Below are positions 27,888 through 35,724 of a DNA stretch of 61,559 nucleotides, piece by piece. The notes under the pieces were generated by a model, which ran no database searches, was not told the DNA's origin, and saw only the letters and a program-made list of their open reading frames with translations. Numbering within the stretch: position 1 is the stretch's first letter; each line of letters begins with the position of its first letter. The translations under genes were made by a program, and so were the position numbers. The stretch is from Candidatus Micrarchaeota archaeon (lineage in GTDB: Archaea > Micrarchaeota > Micrarchaeia > Norongarragalinales > Norongarragalinaceae). The DNA is taken from the NCBI GenBank assembly GCA_043822385.1, contig JBDRBT010000013.1, forward strand, positions 1-61,559, read 5' to 3'.

Positions 27888-28490
27888 CTAAGTTTTTTTC
27901 GGCGTGTCGACTAAGCCGGCTTTGAAATATTTTCCTTTAACTCGCGTTAAATTTCTTTCCGTTTTTTTATTAATGAGAGAATAGTGTTTAACGGAATCCA
28001 AGTAATCAGCTATAAAATCCACTCCGTTTAGGGTAGTCATCCAGTCCGGAAAGCGAGACAAGTTTATTGGTTTTGAATATTCGCGCAGGGTTTTTTCTCC
28101 AGCGTAATTATAGTAATCACTAAAGAAACTCATTGCCAACTCACGCAAACTAGAGTAAACCGCGTCACGCGAACTCAAGCCCGTGAACTTTGATTTAGCA
28201 ATGCAACCCCAACGGCCGTCTTGTTTGTAAACACATAAGACGTGGTCTTCGTCCCTGACTGCGCGTAAGTCCATTAACAAAGCTGGTTTCTTGTTTATTT
28301 TGAATGCGCATGCAGCGAAAACAGCTGCCTCCAAACAATGCGCTTTTCGTTTTTCTAGAACTTGAATCGGCGAGAAAGCAGTGTCGCCGTTTTCTTCTAG
28401 GTTGTAATCTAGTTTTTCAACGAAGTCGGTGATTTTTCTAGGTGTGTTTAAGGACTTCAATAAGCGTAATTGTTTTGCAGTAAAACTCAT
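27888..28490 (-). CDS. hypothetical protein with transglutaminase-like Cys-His-Asp pattern
   Basis: 200 aa. 'RKAHCLEAAVFAACAF' supplies a candidate nucleophile Cys at a helix N-terminus, followed by 'DEDHVLCVYKQDGRWGCI'. The fold assignment is tentative. Confidence 0.4.
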   Translation of the reverse strand: MSFTAKQLRLLKSLNTPRKITDFVEKLDYNLEENGDTAFSPIQVLEKRKAHCLEAAVFAACAFKINKKPALLMDLRAVRDEDHVLCVYKQDGRWGCIAKSKFTGLSSRDAVYSSLRELAMSFFSDYYNYAGEKTLREYSKPINLSRFPDWMTTLNGVDFIADYLDSVKHYSLINKKTERNLTRVKGKYFKAGLVDTPKKT

Positions 28491-28523
28491 TAATAAAAAA
28501 CACTAAAAGAGGATAAAAAAGAG

Positions 28524-28594
28524 TGCGGCGAACGGGAATCGAACCCGTGCTGTAAGCTTGGAAAGCTCAAGTCATACCACTAGACCATCGCCGC
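28524..28594 (-). tRNA. tRNA-Gly (anticodon UCC), no intron, no encoded CCA
   Basis: Hand-folded as GCGGCGA-TG-GTCT-AGTGGTA-TGAC-T-TGAGC-TTTCCAA-GCTTA-CAGC-ACGGG-TTCGATT-CCCGT-TCGCCGC-A. Confidence 0.85.
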
Positions 28595-28598
28595 GCAC

Positions 28599-28617
28599 CT
28601 TTTGTTGCAAACAAAAG
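28599..28617 (-). other. perfect 8-bp hairpin in the tRNA-Pro/tRNA-Gly spacer
   Basis: CTTTTGTT-GCA-AACAAAAG. It lies 5 nt upstream of the tRNA-Gly 5' end on the minus strand. Confidence 0.4.
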
Positions 28618-28671
28618 CTGCACCAAAAGTATTCAGGAAGAAATGTTGTTTCAGGAATTTTAAAATACTTA

Positions 28672-28794
28672 TGGGGGGTCCGAGATTTGAACTCGGATCA
28701 CAAACAATCCAGCTAAAGCCCGCCAGATCACGTAATCAAAGGCGCGGGTTTTAATCCCCAAGCTTGCAGGATGACCAGGTTACCCCAACCCCCC
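28672..28794 (-). tRNA. tRNA-Pro (anticodon GGG) with a 49-nt intron at the canonical 37/38 position
   Basis: Acceptor GGGGGGT/ACCCCCC, D-arm with A14, G18G19 and A21, anticodon stem CAAGC/GTTTG, loop TT-GGG-G, intron about 28707..28755, T-arm CCGAG-TTCAAAT-CTCGG. Confidence 0.75.
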
Positions 28795-28947
28795 TTTCTT
28801 TCTTGCTAGCAGTAAGTATATGATGCAAGCTATTAACAAGATTATTGCTGCATACAAGAAGTAAGGTTCTTGGTTTTGCACTTTTGGAGTGGCGGTAACG
28901 GTTTCAGTTACGGTCACTGCAATGCTTTTGAAGCTTGTTTTAAGCAT

Positions 28948-29145
28948 TTAGAAGCGTTTGTAAGGCAGCAAGTCGTCAACTAAGTCTACTTGAGACAAGA
29001 ACATTCTCCTGCAGCAAAAACGAGTGATGTTTAAAGCATCTAGTACTTTATTTGGTTCTTCCCCTTTGTCTACTCGTTCTTTGTATTCTTCCCAGTATTC
29101 AGCAACTGGTTTGCCGCAAGAAAAACACCTTGGTGGAATCAACAT
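28948..29145 (-). CDS. rpoN: RNA polymerase subunit Rpo10 (RpoN)
   Basis: 65 aa. 'MLIPPRCFSCGKPVAEYWEEY...RFCCRRMFLSQVDLVDDLLPY'. Confidence 0.9.
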   Translation of the reverse strand: MLIPPRCFSCGKPVAEYWEEYKERVDKGEEPNKVLDALNITRFCCRRMFLSQVDLVDDLLPYKRF

Positions 29146-29154
29146 TTTTTTTCT

Positions 29155-29577
29155 TCACCTGTACGACTTAGTGAACCTAGCTCTTGCTTTCGGTCCCTTG
29201 AATTTCTTTGGTTCAACGCGCCTAGAATCTTCAATTAATAATGTTCTGTCGAACGCTTGCATTCTTGGTTTTAAGCCAGCGTCTTTAGTAATCGCAACTA
29301 GTGCTTTAGCTATTGCTGTGCGTATAGCTTGAGCTTGACCCATTCTACCGCCGCCTTTCACTGTAACGAAAGCGTCGTATTTGAAGTCAACGAACCGCAT
29401 TGGCTCGCTTATTACTTCCTTTTCTATTGGAGCTGAGAAAGCTGTTACTGGAATTCCGTTCACGTTAATTATTCCGGTTCCGTCCTTAACTATAGCGCGT
29501 GCTATGGCTCGCTTTCTTTTTCCTCGAGATATTAATTGCATTTTTTGAGTTTTTTTCACTTTCTTTTTTTCAGCCAT
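29155..29577 (-). CDS. rps9: ribosomal protein uS9
   Basis: 'GKRKRAIARA...VTVKGGGRMGQAQAIRTAIAKAL...PKARARFTKSYR'. The ATG at 29577 is preferred over the GTG at 29586. Confidence 0.9.
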   Translation of the reverse strand: MAEKKKVKKTQKMQLISRGKRKRAIARAIVKDGTGIINVNGIPVTAFSAPIEKEVISEPMRFVDFKYDAFVTVKGGGRMGQAQAIRTAIAKALVAITKDAGLKPRMQAFDRTLLIEDSRRVEPKKFKGPKARARFTKSYR

Positions 29578-29591
29578 TAAACACAACTCCC

Positions 29592-30005
29592 TTAAGGATT
29601 AAAACCTAGTTTTCGAGTGATTTCGCTTATTGAAATGCTGCGAACACCCAAGCTTTCCTTAGTCTTGGCTTTCTCGCCTTGTTTTCCCTCGAATTCTTTT
29701 GGTACTCCAACATATACCTTCAAGTTTTTTAACAATCTTTTTCTGGATTGTTTTGGTAGCATTCCGAACACAATTTTCTTGAAGAAAAAGTCCGGCCTGC
29801 GCGGCCATTTTGCTGCGTGTTCAGGGTTAGACTTGTTAGTCATTTGCCTTCTCTTAAAGTAAACTAAAACTACTTTTTTCGGGTTGCCGGAAATAACTGC
29901 TTTCTCTGCATTCAAAACAACTACTTCCTCGCCTTTGCGTAATTCTTTTACTATGCGAGTAGCTAGTCTTCCTGCAATAACGTTTGTAGCATCAAATAAC
30001 TTCAT
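29592..30005 (-). CDS. rpl13: ribosomal protein uL13
   Basis: 137 aa. 'FDATNVIAGRLATRIVKELRKGEEVVVLNAEKAVISG'. Confidence 0.9.
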   Translation of the reverse strand: MKLFDATNVIAGRLATRIVKELRKGEEVVVLNAEKAVISGNPKKVVLVYFKRRQMTNKSNPEHAAKWPRRPDFFFKKIVFGMLPKQSRKRLLKNLKVYVGVPKEFEGKQGEKAKTKESLGVRSISISEITRKLGFNP

Positions 30006-30014
30006 TTTTTTTAA

Positions 30015-30353
30015 TCACACTATTATCCTTACGTTTTTTCCTGAAGGATTCTTTTCAATTAATTCTTTTATCGTTATTATTTTAGTTTTACCTGCTGCTT
30101 TTTTTGAAGCATTAAAGCACGCGATAGTTAACTCGTGTTTCAACTCGCCTGTTGCAAGTAGTTTTGAAGCTAAAACCACTGTTTCGCCTTTCTTAGTCAC
30201 GTAGTTAAGCCTAGTGAAGCTGACGGGGTGTTTCTTGCGTACTGGCTTTTCCAGTAAGTCTGCTACCCTATCCCAAATCTTGCCTTTCTTGGCGCTAGTG
30301 CGAAGTAAAGCGATTAATTTTCGCAATTCCTGGTTTTCAATTCTGTTTTTCAT
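30015..30353 (-). CDS. rpl18e: ribosomal protein eL18 (L18e)
   Basis: 112 aa. 'ELRKLIALLRTSAKKGKIWDRVADLLEKPVRKK...ELIEKNPSGKNVRII'. Confidence 0.85.
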   Translation of the reverse strand: MKNRIENQELRKLIALLRTSAKKGKIWDRVADLLEKPVRKKHPVSFTRLNYVTKKGETVVLASKLLATGELKHELTIACFNASKKAAGKTKIITIKELIEKNPSGKNVRIIV

Positions 30354-30381
30354 TTTTTGTTTAACCTTTTTTTCCTCGTAA

Positions 30382-30466
30382 TGCGGGGAGAGAGATTTGA
30401 ACTCTCGAACTCCTAAGAGACAAGGCCCTCGACCTTGCGCATTTGACCTAGCTCTGCCATCCCCGC
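30382..30466 (-). tRNA. tRNA-Leu (anticodon GAG), class II, no intron; anticodon loop reads U32-C33
   Basis: GCGGGGA-TG-GCA-GAGCTAGGTCAAA-TGC-G-CAAGG-TCGAGGG-CCTTG-TCTCTTAGGAGTTC-GAGAG-TTCAAAT-CTCTC-TCCCCGC-A. Its variable arm is identical to that of the tRNA-Leu at 54337..54462. Confidence 0.7.
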
Positions 30467-30702
30467 ATCAAGGCAGCGAGTTTTTCGTCGCTCAAGCCGT
30501 CAGCAATTATTTGCTTTTCACGGTTTTTTAACCCGCTTGAAATGAATACTTTTTTTCCAGTCAAGCGCGTTAATTCTCTTGTTACTTCCTTGTTAGCCTT
30601 GTTGTTTATTGCGGGGCTTTTTGTTTTTACGACAAAGCCCGTTTCTTTGAGTATTACTGAAAACTTTGAAGCGTTGGGTATTACTCTAATCTTCAAAGCC
30701 AT
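30448..30702 (-). CDS. DUF167 (YggU-like) protein
   Basis: 84 aa. 'MALKIRVIPNASKFSV...VKTKSPAINNKANKEVTRELTRLTGKKV'. The last 19 nt overlap the 5' end of tRNA-Leu. Confidence 0.6.
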   Translation of the reverse strand: MALKIRVIPNASKFSVILKETGFVVKTKSPAINNKANKEVTRELTRLTGKKVFISSGLKNREKQIIADGLSDEKLAALMRGWQS

Positions 30703-30708
30703 TTCTAA

Positions 30709-31287
30709 TCATAATTCTTTTTTTAATTCAGTTGTTTTTTCTCCTAGTATTTTTATTGCTTTCTTGAATTGCTTGGTTGCTGGAATGTTGTTGAAGCTTT
30801 CTATACTCATTGAGTACTCGCCTTTTTTTTCATCCAGTAATTCGAAAGATGCTAAAGCATTTTGATAACGCGAGTGTTGTTTGGCGGTTCCTTTAGTTGC
30901 TGTTGCTTCAATTCTTAATTTTTGTTTGCCGCCGAGTTTTACTATTGCTATTCTCTCGCAAAACACTTTTATTTTATCGTCACTTGAAATTAATTCTCTC
31001 GCGTAAACTGTTTTGTTTTCTTCAATTGATTCCGCGTTTAAAGAAAAAGTAATTTCAGCGTCGTCTGCAATTCCTTCTTCGAATGTTAATGGAATCAACC
31101 CGAGCCGGTTGGCAAGGTATTCATTGTACAATATAGTGTTGTTTTCGTAAACATCAACTTTGCTTATTGCAAATGAAGGTAAGTCTGAAATAATTGCTCT
31201 TCGCAAAGCATTGACTAGGTTTCTAGAGCAACCGCTTAGCTTGACAACGGCTTTGTCTGGTGATTTGCTGGTTAATTCTGCTTTCAC
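30709..31287 (-). CDS. rpoD: RNA polymerase subunit Rpo3 (RpoD)
   Basis: 192 aa. 'LVNALRRAIISDLPSFAISKVDVYENNTILYNEYLANRLGLIPL'. It has only two Cys, so no Fe-S domain. Confidence 0.85.
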   Translation of the reverse strand: MKAELTSKSPDKAVVKLSGCSRNLVNALRRAIISDLPSFAISKVDVYENNTILYNEYLANRLGLIPLTFEEGIADDAEITFSLNAESIEENKTVYARELISSDDKIKVFCERIAIVKLGGKQKLRIEATATKGTAKQHSRYQNALASFELLDEKKGEYSMSIESFNNIPATKQFKKAIKILGEKTTELKKEL

Positions 31288-31291
31288 CTTC

Positions 31292-31732
31292 TCACATCCT
31301 CCTTCCTCTTTTTCCGCCAGGTCTTTTTGTAGTATCGGTTGGAATTGGCGTTACGTCTTGAATTTTTCCTATTTTCAAGCCGCTTCTTGCTAGAGCGCGT
31401 ATTGCTGCTTGAGCACCGCTTCCAGGAGTCTTACTGTGGTGTCCGCCTGGAGCTCTTACTCTAACGTGTACTCCAACTATTTCGCGTTCTTTTGCTTTTT
31501 CTGCTGCCTTGAATGCTGATTGCATTGCAGCGTAAGGACCGCCTTCTTCACGGTCGTTTTTGACTATCATTCCACCGCTTGCTACAGCAATGGTTTCAGC
31601 TCCACTTAAGTCTGTAATAGTAATAATCGTGTCGTTCTTGCTTGAGAAAATGTGTGCTACGCCCCATTTTCCTTCCAAGTAAACTATTTGACGCGGTTGT
31701 CTTGGTCTGCGGTCAAAGGTTTGTGCTCTCAT
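31292..31732 (-). CDS. rps11: ribosomal protein uS11
   Basis: 146 aa. '[33 protein letters not shown]...[15 protein letters not shown]'. Confidence 0.9.
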   Translation of the reverse strand: MRAQTFDRRPRQPRQIVYLEGKWGVAHIFSSKNDTIITITDLSGAETIAVASGGMIVKNDREEGGPYAAMQSAFKAAEKAKEREIVGVHVRVRAPGGHHSKTPGSGAQAAIRALARSGLKIGKIQDVTPIPTDTTKRPGGKRGRRM

Positions 31733-32229
31733 TTAGTTGCTGCCTCGCTAGTTTTAATTGGTTTTTTGAACCAACCTACTTCTGGTTCTTCATCAAATTT
31801 TACTAAGTACGAAGGACTGTTTACTTTCTTTCCTTTTATTGAAATGTGTCCGTGAACTATTAATTGCCTTGATTGCTTCATTGTTTTAGACATTCCTTTT
31901 TTTACTATTACTGATTCTAGTCTCCTGCTTAAGACGTCATCTACTTTTAATCCAAGTATTTCTTCAATTCCAACTTCTTCTTTGTTAATTAGCAATCTTT
32001 TTACTCTGTTGATTAGTGCTTCAGTTCGTTTTTCCAAGTCAGCGCCTTTTCCAGCGAGAATTCTTCTTGCTTCACGCCTAATGTTTCTTAAAATAGTTTG
32101 AATTCTCCATAATTCCCTGGAGTTCTTTAAGCCGAATTCTGTTTTCAAAGCTGACTCTGACTCTATTCTAGTTTTATTCCAGAGTCTTCTTGGCTTTTCG
32201 AACAATTTTTTTAATCTTTTAGCGCCCAT
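31729..32229 (-). CDS. rps4: ribosomal protein uS4
   Basis: 166 aa. '[28 protein letters not shown]...[28 protein letters not shown]'. Confidence 0.9.
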   Translation of the reverse strand: MGAKRLKKLFEKPRRLWNKTRIESESALKTEFGLKNSRELWRIQTILRNIRREARRILAGKGADLEKRTEALINRVKRLLINKEEVGIEEILGLKVDDVLSRRLESVIVKKGMSKTMKQSRQLIVHGHISIKGKKVNSPSYLVKFDEEPEVGWFKKPIKTSEAATK

Positions 32230-32238
32230 TTAAGTTCT

Positions 32239-32832
32239 TTACTCCTTTTTTGCTCTATCTGTTTTTTGTTGTTTTAGTGCTTTCTTTAGTACGCCGATAG
32301 TTAATCCGCTTCTTCCAGTACTGCGAGAGTGTTGTCCTCTTACGCGTTGTCCTGTAGCGTGTCTCCATCCTTTGTAAGAGCGAGTTATTTTTTCTCGGTC
32401 AATGTCTTGTTTTACTGCGAAACGCAAGTCGTTACCTAAGTAGTGAGTGTCTTTACCTGTTTCAATGTCGTTAGGTCGGTTTAACATGAATGCTTTAACG
32501 TTAAAGTCTTTGAGATTTTTTATTAAGTTTTCCAAGTCAGCTAGTTTTTGTTCAGTTAAATTACCTATTAATTCGTTACTAACTATGCCTAGTTTTTCAG
32601 CTGCGTTAATAATGCTTTTAGATAAGTTTTGGCCGATTCCGCGAACTAGTTTTAATGCGTCCTTTACTTCGTAATGACCGTCAATATCCTTGCCTACTAA
32701 TCGAATAATTCCTTTGAATTCCTTGTTTTCTCTGCCTGCGGTTTTGAATTTCTTTATTTTCTTTACTACGCTAGGCGCTGCGCTATCCTTTGCTTTATCG
32801 TCTTTTCCTTTGAACTTTCTTTTTTCAGCCAA
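32239..32832 (-). CDS. rps13: ribosomal protein uS13 (with Lys-rich N-terminal extension if the ATG at 32832 is used)
   Basis: 197 aa. 'FKGIIRLVGKDIDG...GWRHATGQRVRGQHSRSTGRSG'. About 40 residues precede the conserved core. Confidence 0.9.
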   Translation of the reverse strand: MAEKRKFKGKDDKAKDSAAPSVVKKIKKFKTAGRENKEFKGIIRLVGKDIDGHYEVKDALKLVRGIGQNLSKSIINAAEKLGIVSNELIGNLTEQKLADLENLIKNLKDFNVKAFMLNRPNDIETGKDTHYLGNDLRFAVKQDIDREKITRSYKGWRHATGQRVRGQHSRSTGRSGLTIGVLKKALKQQKTDRAKKE

Positions 32833-32857
32833 AAATAATTCAACTCTTATGTATTAG

Positions 32858-33027
32858 CGCCGGGACTGAGAATTCCGGAACTCTAGTTAATTAAACTTCG
32901 AGTTGCTTTCGAACTCAGGAGGCCTTGCGGCCACACGCTTTACGGTTTTTTTGGGTACGCTCTAAAAAGAGTAATCCACAAAAAGAAAACTTCCAGGCGT
33001 GCACGTTAACCACTCCGTCATCCCGGC
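32858..33027 (-). tRNA. tRNA-Ser (anticodon GGA) with two introns: about 51 nt at 37/38 and about 36 nt inside the T-loop
   Basis: Exon pieces: GCCGGGA-TG-ACG-GAGTGGTTAA-CGT-G-CACGC-CTGGAA | intron 32940..32990 | A-GCGTG-T-GGCC-GCAA-GGCC-TC-CTGAG. A 43-nt segment at 32871..32913 replaces the expected 7-nt T-loop. The remainder is CTCAG-TCCCGGC-G. Confidence 0.7.
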
Positions 33028-33152
33028 ACTTAATTATAATGCCTGAAACAGTTTTTTAAACCTGTTCCTCGGAATGGTTAAATCGTTCAAGATTCTCTTA
33101 GAAACTCGACTCTATTATAATGCAATAAAGCGTTTAAAAACGTTATTCTAAC

Positions 33153-34085
33153 TCAAGAAAACGCTTGCACGACTCGAATTACGTCGAAAGCGAGTCCGTA
33201 ATCGTCTTTTTTTTCAATTATGTCTTTCCCGTTCAAGAGCGCTTTAGCAAAACAAACTATTTCACCCTTGCCTGAGCGTACTTGCACTACGTCTCCCTTG
33301 TTAATGTTATTGTCTAAAGCAATCACTCCAACAATAGCTAAGTTAGCGCCAGTAGTAATCGGCTTCAAAGCGCCATCCGACGCGACGACGCGCTTCAAGT
33401 ACATTACTTCCTCTAAATTGTGAATTATTTTGTTTAATTCAGAATCGTCCTTCTTTTCGTTATAAAGCCAGTAAGCATCGCTTAATTCCTGCATGGTTAC
33501 TGCTTCTTTTTCACTAAAACCAGCTGCTTTTGTTCTCCGCAGCTCAGCCATTTCAGCACCGCACTCAAGCAACTCGCCTGCATCAAAACAGAGTTTTCGA
33601 ACGTAAAACCCGCCTTCAACATCGCATGAAAACAAAGCCAAGTTTTTTTCTACTTCCAGCAACTTCAAGTCGTATACTTCGCGAATGCGCAAGTGTTTAG
33701 CTACTGCGCTTTCTAAGGGTGGTTTTTGCCAGATTTTTCCCTTGAAGTTTTCGAAAACGCGTTCTACTTCTTGAAAAGTTTTTGCTTCATTGCATCGCAT
33801 TACCCCGATGTATTGCTTGCGTTCTTTAATGAAGAAAGGTGATGCTTTGCAAGCGTCATTAAGTAGTACTGGTAGTACGCCTGACACGTCTTGGTCTAGC
33901 GTGCCGGTGTGTCCTGTTTTGGAAGCGTTAAGAATTTTTTTTACGAACGCGCTTACTTCGTGAGATGATGGTCCGCAAGGCTTGTTTATTATTAACACGC
34001 CGAAACGCATTTTTTCTTGAATAGAGCGCTCGCTGGTTTTTTTTCCTTTAGTGAATTCTTCTTCCCCGAGAACAGTTAAACTCAT
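33153..34085 (-). CDS. cbf5: H/ACA RNP pseudouridine synthase Cbf5 (TruB + PUA domains)
   Basis: 310 aa. 'INKPCGPSSHEV', catalytic 'GHTGTLDQDVSGVLPVLL' and a C-terminal PUA domain 'GDVVQVRSGKGEIVCFAKAL'. Confidence 0.9.
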   Translation of the reverse strand: MSLTVLGEEEFTKGKKTSERSIQEKMRFGVLIINKPCGPSSHEVSAFVKKILNASKTGHTGTLDQDVSGVLPVLLNDACKASPFFIKERKQYIGVMRCNEAKTFQEVERVFENFKGKIWQKPPLESAVAKHLRIREVYDLKLLEVEKNLALFSCDVEGGFYVRKLCFDAGELLECGAEMAELRRTKAAGFSEKEAVTMQELSDAYWLYNEKKDDSELNKIIHNLEEVMYLKRVVASDGALKPITTGANLAIVGVIALDNNINKGDVVQVRSGKGEIVCFAKALLNGKDIIEKKDDYGLAFDVIRVVQAFS

Positions 34086-34276
34086 TTTATTGGTTCCAAG
34101 TGCTTTTTGTTCATTCGCCTTGCTTTTCCTTTCTTTGAGTCTAATTCTACTTCAACGAAATTAGTGTCTATTTCTTTCAGTATAGTGCAGTACTCTCCGC
34201 TTCTTCTTCCAGTGAGAATAACGCATTTCCTGTCTTTGTCAAAAGCCTTCATTTTTTTAATCCCTCTTAAAAACAA
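34082..34276 (-). CDS. rpl14e: ribosomal protein eL14 (L14e)
   Basis: 64 aa. KOW-like 'RKCVILTGRRSGEYCTILKEIDTNFVEVEL...RRMNKKHLEPI', in the conserved position between cmk and cbf5. Confidence 0.7.
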   Translation of the reverse strand: MFLRGIKKMKAFDKDRKCVILTGRRSGEYCTILKEIDTNFVEVELDSKKGKARRMNKKHLEPIK

Positions 34277-34285
34277 CGAATTTTA

Positions 34286-34849
34286 TTACTGTTGTTGCTT
34301 GTTTTTATCTTTTTGTAATACTATTTGAATGAGTTTGTCTGCAACTCCTTCAGCATCGTATTTTTCCGTATCTATTATTGTAGCGTAATCTGGTTGTTTT
34401 AGTTCTATTCCGTACAGTTTTTGGTATCTGTGCTTGTTTTCAGAGTCTCTGTATTGAATTTCTTTCAGTGCTTCTTCGTAAGAACAATTATTTCTTTTTG
34501 CTATTCTTTCAGCGCGTACTGGTTGTTGAGCTGTAAGCCAGAAGCAATACTCGATGTTTGGTTTTTTTACTCCTAGTTTTTCAGCTACTAACGGCAGGAA
34601 TACCGCCAAGCGGGTTCCTACCACAACGTTATCGTTTTCAAGCAGGAACTGGATTTGTTTTTTATCCAGCAAGTAATCATACTCGTCGTTAGTTTTAGCT
34701 TTCTCGTGAATTTCCATTAAGGTTATTCCTAGTTCTTGTGATAGTTCTTTGAAAGTGTAGTTGTATTCCTTCAATCCAAGCTTGGTTGAAACTAGGTTTG
34801 TTACGGTAGTATTACCACAGCCAGTGAAACCAGATATTACTATTCTCAT
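34286..34849 (-). CDS. cmk: archaeal-type cytidylate (CMP) kinase
   Basis: 187 aa. P-loop 'ISGFTGCGNTTV', in the conserved archaeal context L34e-cmk-L14e. Confidence 0.75.
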   Translation of the reverse strand: MRIVISGFTGCGNTTVTNLVSTKLGLKEYNYTFKELSQELGITLMEIHEKAKTNDEYDYLLDKKQIQFLLENDNVVVGTRLAVFLPLVAEKLGVKKPNIEYCFWLTAQQPVRAERIAKRNNCSYEEALKEIQYRDSENKHRYQKLYGIELKQPDYATIIDTEKYDAEGVADKLIQIVLQKDKNKQQQ

Positions 34850-35178
34850 TTCAAACGCATTTTCTTTATGTATTTCAAGTGAGCGAGAGACACGTCGTCT
34901 TCACCTATTATTCCGGTTTGCAGCCTGGTTTTTTCCTTAACTAGCGCAGACACACAGTTAGAGCATAATACCCCCCCGAATTTTCTTTCAGGTCTCTTTT
35001 TAGTTTTAGGTAACTTGCTTAATTGTGACCCTGTTTTTTTTGGTACGCCGAATAATTTTCTTCCGCACAAGCCGCATATTGCTGCTGACGGTTTTTTTGG
35101 TTGTCTTATTATCGTCCTGTTTCCAGTTGGCGTTTTTCTGTATCTTCCTTTTAATTTTTTCTTCATCAGTTTAGCCAT
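34846..35178 (-). CDS. rpl34e: ribosomal protein eL34 (L34e)
   Basis: 110 aa. 'KGRYRKTPTGNRTIIRQPKKPSAAICGLCGRKLFGVP...GGVLCSNCV'. Confidence 0.8.
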   Translation of the reverse strand: MAKLMKKKLKGRYRKTPTGNRTIIRQPKKPSAAICGLCGRKLFGVPKKTGSQLSKLPKTKKRPERKFGGVLCSNCVSALVKEKTRLQTGIIGEDDVSLAHLKYIKKMRLK

Positions 35179-35225
35179 TTGAGTAGACCTCCCGTAAATA
35201 GAATTAAGAATAGTAAATACTTGAC

Positions 35226-35720
35226 TTATTGTTTTTTATTTATTCTGCTTACCACGCTTTGAAGGATTATTCCAAAGGGAATAGCGGCTACTATAAATAA
35301 GCCTCTAGCTCCGTACGTAGCTTCTTTGAACACGTTTAAGGCGAATAAAGCATTAAAATGAATGTCGAAAGGAAGTAATATCGTGTATTCAGGGTATAGC
35401 GCAGGTAAAACGAAGGAATAAAGAATTATGTACAAGGGTAAGGTGAATATGAGTGTTTTGAATGACATCATCATCATTCCGCTCATTTTCTTCATCATTT
35501 CGTCGTTTTTAGCTAGAAGTTGGTTTAATTCTGCTTCGTTTTTTTCTTTTTGTGCTTTCTTTATTGCTGCATTCCACTCGTTTATTTCTTTTTGAATAGC
35601 TTGCGTTTCGTTTCTTTTTCCATACTTGAATAAAATAGCGTTATTAACGATTGTAATTAGTAGAGTTAGAACTATTATCGAAGTAGTGTCATCTATTCCC
35701 GCTATTGCTTGCAAAAACAT
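35226..35720 (-). CDS. DUF106 / EMC3-Get1-like membrane protein (archaeal YidC/Oxa1-like insertase candidate)
   Basis: 164 aa. TM helix, then coiled coil 'QKEINEWNAAIKKAQKEKNEAELNQLL', a Met-rich 'MKKMSGMMMMSF', then further TM helices. It sits in the conserved position after secY. Confidence 0.7.
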   Translation of the reverse strand: MFLQAIAGIDDTTSIIVLTLLITIVNNAILFKYGKRNETQAIQKEINEWNAAIKKAQKEKNEAELNQLLAKNDEMMKKMSGMMMMSFKTLIFTLPLYIILYSFVLPALYPEYTILLPFDIHFNALFALNVFKEATYGARGLFIVAAIPFGIILQSVVSRINKKQ

Positions 35721-35724
35721 TATT

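Noticed and set aside
33030-33042. 'TTAATTATAATGC' TATA-like element upstream of tRNA-Ser, with a second 'TATTATAATGC' at 33103..33114.
   Set aside because: The first lies only about 3-13 nt from the mature 5' end, which is too close for a TATA box at about -26. The second lies about 80 nt away. The spacing does not support a confident promoter call.
33128-33144. Short inverted repeat 'CGTTTAAAAACG' just after the cbf5 stop, considered as a terminator hairpin.
   Set aside because: It has only a 5-bp AT-rich stem with a 2-nt loop, which is not stable enough to call.
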